Shown here: positions 24,151 through 34,449 of the stretch, piece by piece
Position numbering within the stretch: the first letter of the stretch is position 1
Layout of the letters: every line of letters begins with the position of its first letter
Origin: Anthoceros angustus
Lineage: Eukaryota > Plantae > Anthocerotophyta
Length of the DNA stretch: 64,000 nt
Direction of reading: 5' to 3'
NCBI GenBank assembly: GCA_010909165.1
Contig: MU008164.1
Coordinates: 248,001 to 312,000 of the forward strand
Notes under the pieces: model-generated
Told to the model about the DNA's origin: nothing
Seen by the model: the letters and a program-made list of their open reading frames with translations, nothing else
Databases searched by the model: none
Made by a program: the position numbers and the translations under genes

Positions 24151-27100
24151 GGCTGTCTTCAAGAAAATATATATTTAGCGCCTCAAGAGTGCAACTTGGG
24201 ATTGTTGGTCTAGTGTTTGGGAAATAAGTGTAGTAATGAATAGGTTGTGTGTTCAAACCCGTATCTTCCTAACAACTCAATTTTGTTGATTTTAAGGATG
24301 CTTGCATGGGCGCATGGGCAACTAACTTTGTTCATTTTAAGGACGTTGGCATTGCCTTAAAGCCCAAGTGGTTGCATTGAGTGCGGAAGGTTGAAGACCA
24401 CGATGGCGACCTTTTGGATGAGGGTCGAGATGCTAGATGCGTGTGGCGACACCGTCGGCTGGGCCCAAGAATGATACTATTGAAGACGAGCAAGCAATGG
24501 AGGAGAACGACAACCGAGGCGGAGGATATGGACCGCCTCGAATATGGCGGTGGTACTTGACCCGCCGGCCAAAGGCATGGATGAGTCGCCGCACTCTTGA
24601 ATGGCTATTGTCGATGCCGATGACCACTTCCTTTAGCTTGTTTGTTGCAATGTTCTCACGACCATTGAAATAAGACTCGCTAGTACAAGATTGTTTTCAT
24701 TGTGTTCCACCACTTGAAAGTAAAAGTTTTCGGTTGTAATAAACATATGAAAATGGCAGCCCTCTATGCATTCTACAAAAGCAGACGGGCCCACACCCTA
24801 TTGTGCTCCAGCTCGGGTGTAGACTTGAAAGTGCATCTTTTATCAAAGATATGACCTCGGAAAGGGTGTGTGCATTATCAAAGTAGGGCACATATGTCGC
24901 TCTAGGAAAGGTGTTCTTCGTGACAAGGGGTGTCGTCAAGGTCGATATCCCCCTTCAAAAATTATCGTGTTCCAAAAACATACAGGAGGTCTATGTCAAT
25001 GATACAGTCATCCTTTATTACGGTTTTATTTTGAATGCGGAAACATTTGTATGCGTGGACAAAAAGGCGATCAGGGACAAATTGAGCGAATTGCGGATTC
25101 ATACAACCAGTACCAAAGTGTGGCGGAGGATAGCGATGACAATAATGGGGACGGGCCAAGCGATAGCGTGAACTCGGGGACGAATAGCTATTGACCGTAG
25201 ACTGACCAGCCTGAACCATTCTCATTAGGGGTTGTATGGATGTGGCTCCCCACTTCACGTGTCCATTACGCCCATCCTTTCCAACTTAATCGCGATGGAA
25301 GGGTGGGGGCGCTGGCCGGCGCCTCAATGTTCGTAAGTGCATAACTTTATCTGAAATTGAAGTAGCTGCAATGACGATTGCATATACCACGTGTTTAAGG
25401 ATGAGTATTGATGGACCGTGTCACGCGAATATGGTGCGTGTGATCAGCGGTTTGGGGGTAGTGTAACACCACGGCATGCAACATGACCCCCTACAAGGTT
25501 GTTTTCTATGCCATTCCAAAGGAAGTGGTGACCATGCGATATCAAAACATGTGGAATGTGTCCTTGTGGACATGGCGAGGGGCGCGGCCGCCGCCCACTC
25601 GTGGAACATGCCACGCCGCACCACATCCACCTGTTCAAATTCATTCTGAAGGAACTGGTGCCCAAGTGGATAGCAAACATGTTCCATGTGACCTTCCACA
25701 CAATGGTGAGGCAAGGGAGGGGGCGCCGGCCAGCCGGCGCCCCATCCCTTGCCTCACCACTGTGTTCCGAAAATAGGCGAAGGATCACACATTACACCTG
25801 AACGGGAAACGAAATTTTCTTCCCCATAAATATGTTGATGGTTTGAACCTGTCCGCGAAATTGCATAACCCTTCCATAGTGGCGTTCGATCTGCAGATTT
25901 AGCAATCTGTATTGTTGGACCGGCAGGTGTGCATAGTGGGTCTTGTTTTGGCAACAAATGGTTAAGGGAAGAGGTCACCTTCTACAATATATGAACCAAT
26001 GGAAAACTCGTATGATCCAAGAGCCGGACCCTTTTTCGGTATGGTTTTAATAATAAATGAACCCACAGCTTTTAGACCCATCACCAACCCTCTTCAGCGG
26101 TTATTCACAAAAAACCCCCATCGAGGATATTCCCCCCCTTCAAAATTTATGGTGTTTTGGGTACAAGTGATCCGGCAGTGCGCGTTTTCATGTCCGAGAG
26201 GAATACGGATTGCAGGAGCAAGAGGAATACGGATTGCAGGAGCTGGGAACCGCGACAACAAGAGGAAGAGCGCGCGCAGTCGACAGGAGCAAGAGCGCGA
26301 GCAGGCATCCATGCGTTGGGCTGGAGTGTTCTACGCTGCATCTGCGGCTGATTCTAGCCGCCGCGATCAGGTGTGTGTGCGCCAATCTCGTGCGTAAAGG
26401 CTATGTGCACTCGTGGCGCGCCTGTCCGGCGTCAGGCACCCACGGTGCGCGCTTTCTTGTGGCAGCCACCCTTGGCGCGCGCTTGTGTCTGGCAGGAACC
26501 CCCGGTGCACGCTTTCTTGTGGCAGCCACCCTTGGTGTGCGCTTGTGTCCGGCAGGCACCCTTGGCGCGCTTGCTTGTGGCGCTTGTGTCGCTGCACCCT
26601 TTTGATTTTTGACATGCGCAAGATCCGGCGCCGCTGCCAAATCGATGGTCTCGCTTGGGCGACCGCGTTTTCTGCAGGCAGGGAATCGCGATTGAGGCAG
26701 TGCAATTGGGCATAAGCTTAGGTGGCGTTTGTGGCGGCAGACATTTTTCGATTTTTGAGGGGTGTATACTATAAAGAGAACTAAATAGCGGTTTGTGGCT
26801 CCATAATTTGGCTTGTTCCATGAAATCAAAACACCTTCAACCTTCCTTTGGTCCTTGCTTGGTCTGTATTTGTCTCTGATTTCCTCTAATGCTTCACGTG
26901 TGCATGTCCATCCCATATCGGCAAGTGCGTGCAAAACACGCCAACTTGGTTGAACCTCCACCACAGCCCAAACCTCCTAAACGCAAAAGGACAGAAGTCA
27001 ATGTCGAGGCACGAGCTTCCGGGAAACGGAGGATTGCAGCAGGAGGAGGTGCGGGTGGTGGTCATGACCAACCAACATCCAGACCCACAGCTGCCGTAAA

Positions 27101-27261
27101 GTCGACTCTGCTTCCACAAGGAGCATCAGATGGGAAGAGTGGGCCTTCCCAAGGGCCATCACAGCGGCGGCCTAGGCAAAGCAAGGGAGCATCAGGGCTG
27201 CTTGATGACAGCGCATCAACATTGTTCGATGATATCGGGATTGTGCCAGGTGCGCACAAGT

Positions 27262-27376
27262 GATATCGGGATATCGGGATATCGGGATATCGGGATATCG
27301 GGATATCGGGATATCGGGATATCGGGATATCGGGATATCGGGATATCGGGATATCGGGATATCGGGATATCGGGAT
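27262..27376. repeat. (GATATCGG)14 tandem array
   Basis: 14 perfect 8-mers at 27262-27373, flanked on both sides by ATTGTTCGRTGATATCGGGATTGYGC. Confidence 0.97.
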
Positions 27377-28319
27377 TGTTCGGTGATATCGGGATTGCGC
27401 ACAAATGCGTGCACGAGGGCCCATTGAGACCTCACGGCGCGCCCCGCGCGCGCATCGTGCCCCATTGAGACATCCGTGGCGCGACTCGGCGCCGCATTGT
27501 GCTATCAACTCCGGCGCGCGCGGGCTGCACGCAACTATTGGAGGCGCCGCGCGACTGGGTCACATGGCCCTCCGGTGCGCGCACTTGGGCGTGACAGAGG
27601 TCCTACGTTCTCGCATGCACCAGGCGCGCAATGGGCACCATGAGTGCTCGTGGCCGCACTTCTGTGCGCCGCACCGGTCATGGTGCCCCATTGCGTGCGC
27701 TGCGCGCGGCGATCGATCGAAAGGCGCGACAAGTGCGCGCGCGGAGACAGAGCGCGACTTGCGCGCTCGGGGCAGCAACCGTGTGCGACTTGGGCGCATT
27801 TAGGCTCGCTCGAGTTCCCACAGCGCGCATTGCGCCGGGGATGAAAGTTCCCCAACAAGCTTGTGCGCCTTGGCATCATCTTAAGCCCAACCGGGGATGT
27901 CTCTGTTAATGTATCTGGTTGATGTATCCGGTTAATGGAGTATTGGTTGTCTTTTTATATATATCTGGGACTATCCGGCGCTTTCTCAAAGGAAATAGTT
28001 CTAGGGGTTGATGATGACGAAGATAGCCGACCAAGCATGTGAAGCGATCCTCCGTGGAGAGCGATGGAGAGGCAAGGAAAAGGCGCCAACCACACAAAGC
28101 AACCATCGCACGAATAATAGGGGCAATACGAGGATTCAATGGAACAAGAAACAGAGGTACTTGGTACCAGTATAGATATCCCGGATGACGCCGATAGTGG
28201 AGAATATGAAGAGCATGAAACCGCAAATGAAGATGTTGAGGACGGCGATGTGCAGACAAACCGGCTGAGTTGAAGCCGATGACAACAACAGAGAGGATAT
28301 ACATAGCGAGGGGGGCTCA

Positions 28320-30268
28320 AAACGTTCGTCTAAGCTTGGAAGGTGGGAAGTTTTGGCTAAGATTGGATCCGGGATGCCCGCATTAATTATCGTGTGTACC
28401 ATTACAAAGAAGGCGCTTTTGAAGTCGGGTCTCAACATAAGCGCCCGTGCGAGAGCAGCAGGATGTATCTCAAATTGTACCATAAGTGTGTAGGTTGTGT
28501 AGTTTGTCGAGAGCTCACATGTTGTAAAGCAACTCCGGGCCGGGAGGTACGGGTAAGCATTTGAGGCGAGGGACTTAAGAATTTTTGTGGAGGCCGAACC
28601 CTTCATGAGATGGGGCTGGCGGCTTACAGGACTAGGAGAGCAAAACCATTCGTACATATTTGAAGTGGATGAGGGCAATTGCAATGGCATGTTTTGTCGG
28701 TAGATTGTAGTGGCATTTCTTGTCAAGCACTACTCACATTCCGTTATACAAAACTACATGGGGGCATCTCCGTCCCGCAAGGACCCCTAAATATGGCACG
28801 AGTATGTGTGGCTAGTTCAGGTCCTGGCAAGACCCCATTGCATTGACGTGACGAGGAGCGGGTTAGGTTTTTTGTGTGGAAATTGTGCAGGAATTTCTTT
28901 TGAATTTCTGTGGGCGTTATCTGGCATCCGAAAAGTTTGAAAAAATAAGAGGAAACATTGGCGAGCGAACAAGTCAATCTTCCCTACTACGGAAGCAAGT
29001 ATACGGCACTGTTTGTTCCAAAAGCAATCTCCCCTTCCAACAGCAATCTCCCCAAGTTTCCTTTCTTAGAGTAGTTTGACTCACACTTATCCAAAAACTT
29101 GAACTACATTAATAATAAACTTGAATGTGAACTTCAACCCAAAATGAAACTTCTCTCTCTCATAACACCCCCTTTTCAACGAGGTGGGTTAGCGACAAAA
29201 TACATTACCAGACACCAGCACTAGGCCTCCAAGTAGCCCGCCGTCCTTCCACGGGACGACTTGCACCAGCACTAGGCCTCCAAGTAGCCCGCCGTCCTTC
29301 CACGGACACTTACAACAAGTCGGCTACCGCTTGTTTATTACAGCAGAGTCAACAAGAATACATGAGATCGAGAGCTCCCATCTTTGCCTAAGCTAGAGCT
29401 TAGCTCTCCCCTCGATCTCCTCTTCAACAACTCCTCCTAGCACGCCACCTCTAGGCTCCCAAGGCCTCTAGGCACCAAGTCCTATCCTCAAAGAGAGGTT
29501 CCTCATGCTAGGATCCTTCTAGACATGCCCACACTCCAGGCGCCCAAAGCCTTTAGGCTCCAAAGTCCTATCCTCACGAGTGGAGCTCCCAATGCTAGGA
29601 TCACAAGATGCTCTTCTAGGGCTATCCTCATCTCCTTTTATAGGGAGGCTTACATCATTTCCAAAGTAACTGCTAAAAGCAGACTATCTTCCTTAAGCCC
29701 TAAGCTAAATCTTACCACCACTACTTACAACTTACTAACTAGATCTAGGGCTGCATGCCTCTCATGCAAGGCTTCTTACTCTCTCGGCAGCTTAGTAGCT
29801 TTTAACCCACCGATCTCCAAGGGATCGACACATTCAGCATTACAAAATGCGAATGGGGAAATTTTACATAAAAAAGAGATGGGACATCCTGACGTGGAGA
29901 TTTTATATGAAAAAGGAGATTGGGAAATCTCATCTACTTCGAGACGAAGGGGAACAAGCTTATGGAAGGCCTCATTGCAAAACCACCTCCGGCTCCTAAT
30001 ATTGAATTGTAGCTCTAACGAAAAAGGAACAATCGGTCTAGCGCTTCCTATCTCGACCACAAACAAAACTCAGTGTGCAAATGTTTTGCGGACTGGCTGG
30101 AAAGATGCGCCGATGTTTGCGGAACAAAACATCGAATTATGTAGTGACCATGAATTTACCATACCCGGAAAAGTAGGTGAAAAGTCTCAAATCAAGACAT
30201 TCAAGCATTCTGGGGTAACACCTAAAATATCCAAGATGCTGTACCCAAACTATATACCTATTGTATAA
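28320..30268 (+). pseudogene. Unidentified coding segment split by the solo LTR
   Basis: Removing the LTR joins ...VAFLVKHYSH|SALQNANGEILHKKEMGHPDVEILYEKGDW...YIPIV in frame. An acidic stretch lies upstream (~28000-28290). No family recognised. Confidence 0.45.
28742..29830 (-). mobile_element. Solo LTR (1089 bp)
   Basis: 5-bp TSD CATTC (28737-28741 and 29831-29835). Termini CGTTATACA... (TG changed to CG) and ...GGGATCGACA. TATA-like CCCTATAAAAG on the minus strand at ~29640; internal ~50-bp direct repeat at 29213-29305. Confidence 0.8.
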
Positions 30269-31799
30269 GGCGTGTTTTAACAATTGACATTAATCTGGAT
30301 TCCGTGACGAAAAAAATAAGGACTTCGACACAAACAAAACTCTTGATGAAAAATAGGATTTCACGATGAGCTTTGTTGCCTTAAGGCCTTTTCCAATGAT
30401 TGATTGATTGATTGATATGAAGCTTGTTACACGCTGCAAGTCTCTCCCTAGGAAAACTAGCGTGACCTACAATTATAGGGGCTGAAACTATCGTTTAAGA
30501 AAGTAGGTAGGAGAAAAAATAACAGCAAAATACTAACAAGTAGAAGGATCACTGACACCACTAGAAGAAACAGCTGAGTCTAGGATCGAATTTCAAAGGC
30601 AAGCAGACAAGTTGTTGTTTCAAGAGATAAAGCAAATGCTGGCAAAGTTTGAGGACATGTTTGCTGTGGCGCGACTTTCGCTGACGGCCAGCTGGGCGTG
30701 CACGGTCCTGTGTCGTTGTAGTAAGGGGTCCGTTCCCAAGAGAATGATAGGTTCTGTTTGGCACGTCTCAACCGATTTTCACCTCACCGTGGACCGCTTT
30801 CGACTCAAAGCGCTGGCCGCAGCTTTACTACTAACTACTTTATCGTCCGCGAGCGGACCGGGCGTGGCCAAACGCGTTAAGGACTCGTTCGCCTCAGATC
30901 CTACCATCTACGTTCGTCTAGTCCGTCTTCCTTACCACTCTCACTACGCTCATCGTTCGTTTGGAAAGAGGGTGAGTTGCGGGTCCGGACCTGCTGCTCC
31001 GCGGGCCTCCGTCCGCCCCGGAGTTCCACTGCCGACGCTGCCCTATTCATTCCGACGCCGGCCCCGGCCTCGAAGAGCAAGGGTCTCGGTCGCTCGCCTC
31101 GCACACCACCACACGTTGGTCCGTCACGAGACCTTGATCCAATCTCTCCGGGGCCGCCGTGGCTCGCCTGCTGACTCAAGGCTGGCGTTAGCGGCGCCTA
31201 CAAGGGTCTACAAGGAACGCGGTATCCACCCCAAAGAAAGATGTTTACTAGTGCCGGCCTCTTATACTACGCCCAAGGGCGGCGTCTTTATTACACCCCT
31301 ATTCTGAGCTGGTGGCCAGCTCAGTGTGCCCTAGCCTGCCGCCAACTATTTCCCTCCATTCCGCCTATCTACGTCGTCGGAGGTGGGGCTGGGAGTACCC
31401 GTGATTCCGCCCCGGCGCTGGTGGCCCAATCCCTAGTCCTGGCAGTTGCGGCGCACCCAATCGGATGATCCGCGAGGCGGGGCCCCTTCCCCTTCCCGAG
31501 ACTCTATTAGGTTGAGCTACCGGCGGCGGCCTGACAACCGCGGTAACCACCAAGTCCTCTTCCTCTCTTGACTCACTGGTGGGTCCCTGCTCTGCGAGTC
31601 CCCCAGGAGGTTGCTCACCAGCAGGCGCGGTGATTCCCCTCCTCCTAAGTCTGGGCCTCGGTCCGATCTACTGAGGTCTGGACCTGGGTCTGATCTCGAC
31701 TCGGGTCCGTCCTCGTGGTCCGTGCTCGAGTCCCGGGACCTCGTGGTCCGGCCTCATGTTCTTGGACTCCCGAGGACTTCCGGTCCGTCCACACCGCCC

Positions 31800-33465
31800 C
31801 CACTTACTGTCTCAAGTCCTCCGGACTTCCCTATGGCGACCCTGGGCCCTCCTCCCTTCCTTCCCCTGGAGGGTGCGGCAGCTCATGCCTCGTGGTGTCC
31901 GTGTCCCGCCTCCCTCCCGAGGCTCCCCTCCCCGCCGGCCGCCTTCGCCTCGAACAGCGCTCCCAAGGTCCGGCCGCATTATCCCGGCCTTCATCTCCTC
32001 CCTCCTCAGTCCATCCGGGTCCGGTGAGGGTTGGGTCGGGCTCAGACCTCCAGGCCTTGAGGAGCCCGCAAGAAAAGTCCGAATCGACTTGTTGAATTGC
32101 CTCCTCCATGCGCCCGTGAGCCCGAACTCCCTTCTCCGAGGGTGCTCCGGCCATGCGGCGGGCTTCGCTATTGTGGCGTCTATCGCAAGGCCCGCCAACT
32201 GAGTCGGCGGAATTCTTGAGGCCGCCAAGGATGCCTCCGACATTTCACGCAGCCTCCGCTGCCCACATTTCTCCTCTCGCCATCGCTATAACTCGGCCCC
32301 GGCCTTGTTGGCCATGAGCGACCTCCCTCTCGCTTCCGCAACAACCAGCAGGTTCCGCCCTCTCAGCCCTCCCTCCATCCATCCCGAGGGCCCCATCTCC
32401 TCTCCAGCGCCCAGGCTCCGCTCTAGCTTCCTCCAGGTTCCGCTCCAACTCGGCGATGTCCAGCTGCTGGGTCCGCCGTCGACTCTCCTCCACCCTCCAA
32501 CAGATCCTGAGCCTTTCGACCTCAAGGGGCCGTGATCCGCGGGGACACACCTTGAGGCCCCATTCTCGCTGACTGTCGTTTCGAGTTTGTAGCTCCTGAG
32601 AAGTCTCCTTGCGATCCTCCATCTCCTGTCGCCGCTCCTCCATCCCCTTCAACTGTACCCGGAGATCTTCCATCTCCCGGGTGATGACCTCTCTTCTTTC
32701 CTCACGGCTGGCCCTCTGGCCTGCGTTTGCTCCTCGGCCGCCCGCCGCTCTTCGGCCTTGGCCGCACAAGTTGTGGCGTTCCGCTTCAGCTCTCCACTTA
32801 AGGTTTTGGTCCCTTGATGCATGGTCCTCGTCCCGTGCCTTTGCTTGCCTTTTTCGGCCTGCTGCCCTTCACACCCGAGCTTCCTGTGCTTGGTATTTGC
32901 TCCCGCCCGCGCGCTTCGCCTTCTCTTGGGCGCCTCCCTCCGGCCTCTACAAAGGTCTCCGCCTTTGTTCTTCAAGGCTGCTCGCTTGGAGCTCGCTTCA
33001 CTCACACAGCCTGAAGGATCCCTCTACCCTGCCTTGTTGGGCGACCTCGCCGACCCGCTTTACCCCCGCTTCTCCTCGCCACCCTGCGCTTCTCCTCCTC
33101 GAGGGTCTCCGCCCTTCCTCTTGGCCGCCTCCGCCTCCGACTGACCTGGAGCTCCACCATCCGCCTCTCGGGTGGCCTCCACTTCTGGTCTTCTCTGCCG
33201 CTGTCTACAGAGACCCCCAGAGCATACCAGTCCATGACGGTTGCCAGAACTCGCCTGTGATATCTCCTCCATGGCCTGGCCACCGGGAGGCACCCAAGAA
33301 GTCCGTGGGCAAGTGCATCTCGTCGGGTCCGTTAGGGACCGCCACACTGCAGTCCCGAGGGAGGCCGGACTAGGGTCTCCGGACCCAATCAGGACCCTCA
33401 GGTCGGGAGCGAGCCCGTGTACAACCAACCTCAAAGGAGGTAGACGCGGATGTTCCAGTTTCACC
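31800..33465 (-). pseudogene. Low-complexity / coiled-coil coding remnant, probably TE-derived
   Basis: Strong polypyrimidine acceptor ...CCTTGCAG| at ~33465 (minus). E/R-rich heptad-like stretch EREERREVITREMEDLRVQLKGMEERRQEMED (32245-32769 ORF). Confidence 0.4.
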
Positions 33466-33559
33466 TGCAAGGACTTAAGGTAAACCGAAAGTAGGGAAAA
33501 GAGGAAAGAGGAATGACATTGATGAGACACACCGGTGACTGGACGCCATCACCAAAGTC

Positions 33560-34400
33560 GTGCTAATCATGGACAACGATGTAGTAGAGCGAGCCTTGAA
33601 GCTAAAGACAAGGACCATATATCAATCAAATTCGAGTCGGCGCACAAAAGAGGTGCAAGGTATCGGATGAGCATGGTTGCCATCACCAAGTTGAAAAGCC
33701 TGGTTGACATCACATTACCGTGACGCCGGATCCGAAGAGTGGATGAATCGTGGGAAAGCATCTTCCTCCGGGGAAATTAAAAGGGACACATGCAAAAGTA
33801 AAGAGTGAGTACTTCCTCCGCTATGTATGATCGATCCAAGGAGTGCGAAGCGTGTAGGTCTTTGACAAAAGACCAAGTTGAAAAGGCGGATGAAGATTTC
33901 GGGAAGAAGATGTCTTTCATTGAGCAAGTCCTGTGATATTCAATGATGAAATGAAAATTGCGGTGAGAGAGTGTATTAGCATTACAATGGACCTGGAAGT
34001 ACAATCTATATTCTGGACAAGTTAGAAGGCCATGCTAGGCGACGTCATCGGCCCGGCCTTGATCGGGGAAGAAATGCTCGGCGACTTTGTCCGACTGTAG
34101 CTGGGCTGCTATGCAGTGCATTGCTAGTGTCCGCCTCATGTGTGGACACGGGTGGACGAGGTTCTCTCGATCTGGGAGAGGGTGAGCTCCTCGAGCAAGG
34201 TAACCTTGAAGAAAGGCAGCAAAGGAAGAGAGTAAATCAAACGTGGGGCCCGGTCTGGGGGGCCGGTAGCGACAGAAGAGCCATGATCCAAATTTGATTA
34301 TAAAGCCAATGCATGGGTAATTAGAGTTTTGCGAGGCATGCCTCTGTGCTTGTGAAAGAAGGATTATGTTGTCCTGCATACCGAGAAAGTGATTCAAGCG
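33560..34400 (+). pseudogene. M5: N-terminal fragment of a ParB-MTase paralogue
   Basis: Aligns by eye to the M1 N-terminal region: RRVDESW vs RRVDEAW; KMSFIEQV..TWKYNL vs KMNFIEQV..TWKFNL; HVWTRVDEVLSIWE.GEL vs RVWENVDKIFTKWEGEL. The GGNH segment is absent, and it is truncated before the MTase core. Confidence 0.65.
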
Positions 34401-34449
34401 ATTTTGACCGCGGTGCCAATGGTAAAACGCGATAACGGCGTACCAAGAA

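Larger units (their letters stand above)
22597..24971 (-). mobile_element. Internally deleted Sola-like element 'S2' nested in T2
   Basis: CCAA|AACACGATAATTTTTGAAGGGGG (22593-22619) ... CCCCCTTCAAAAATTATCGTGTT|CCAA (24949-24975): a perfect 23-bp TIR and perfect 4-bp TSD. Contains a 3' transposase fragment. Confidence 0.9.
19780..25200 (+). pseudogene. DDD transposase T2 of element S1 (Sola-like), spliced, interrupted by nested element S2
   Basis: FLKLWKGHFNRVKIPKSNRFSTCSLC (20519-20620); intron donor CAAG|GTAAGT at 20664; CIDGMDEK (D at 21336); LYLQLDNTC (D at 21565); GFLLVGHTHDQID (21669-21692). Removing S2 restores ...NKVFYPK|NIQEVYVNDTVILYYGF (to ~25170), matching the T1 C-terminal ILAYGF. 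Confidence 0.88.
11401..26156. mobile_element. Sola-like DNA transposon 'S1' carrying a ParB-methyltransferase gene
   Basis: Left: TTGG|AACACCATAAATTATGAAGGGGGAATAT (11397-11428; duplicated at 12649-12680). Right: ATATTCCCCCCCTTCAAAATTTATGGTGTT|TTGG (26127-26160). The TIRs differ by one substitution and G-run length, with an identical 4-bp TSD. It encloses the MTase gene (minus) and transposase T2 (plus) head to head. Confidence 0.88.

Noticed and set aside
22591-24977. hAT-type element with an 8-bp TSD (TCCCAAAA/TTCCAAAA)
   Set aside because: It needs a mismatch. The 4-bp CCAA reading is perfect, lengthens the TIR to 23 bp and agrees with S1's TTGG.
26760-26964. Trihelix/Myb-like domain in ORF 26401..26964 (minus)
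   Set aside because: Only a W..V...L..MGW-like resemblance; the opposite strand looks equally coding and there is no second copy to test.
27062-27508. DIGISGYR / RYPDIPIS repeat proteins
   Set aside because: By-products of the 8-bp array, which is open in several frames.
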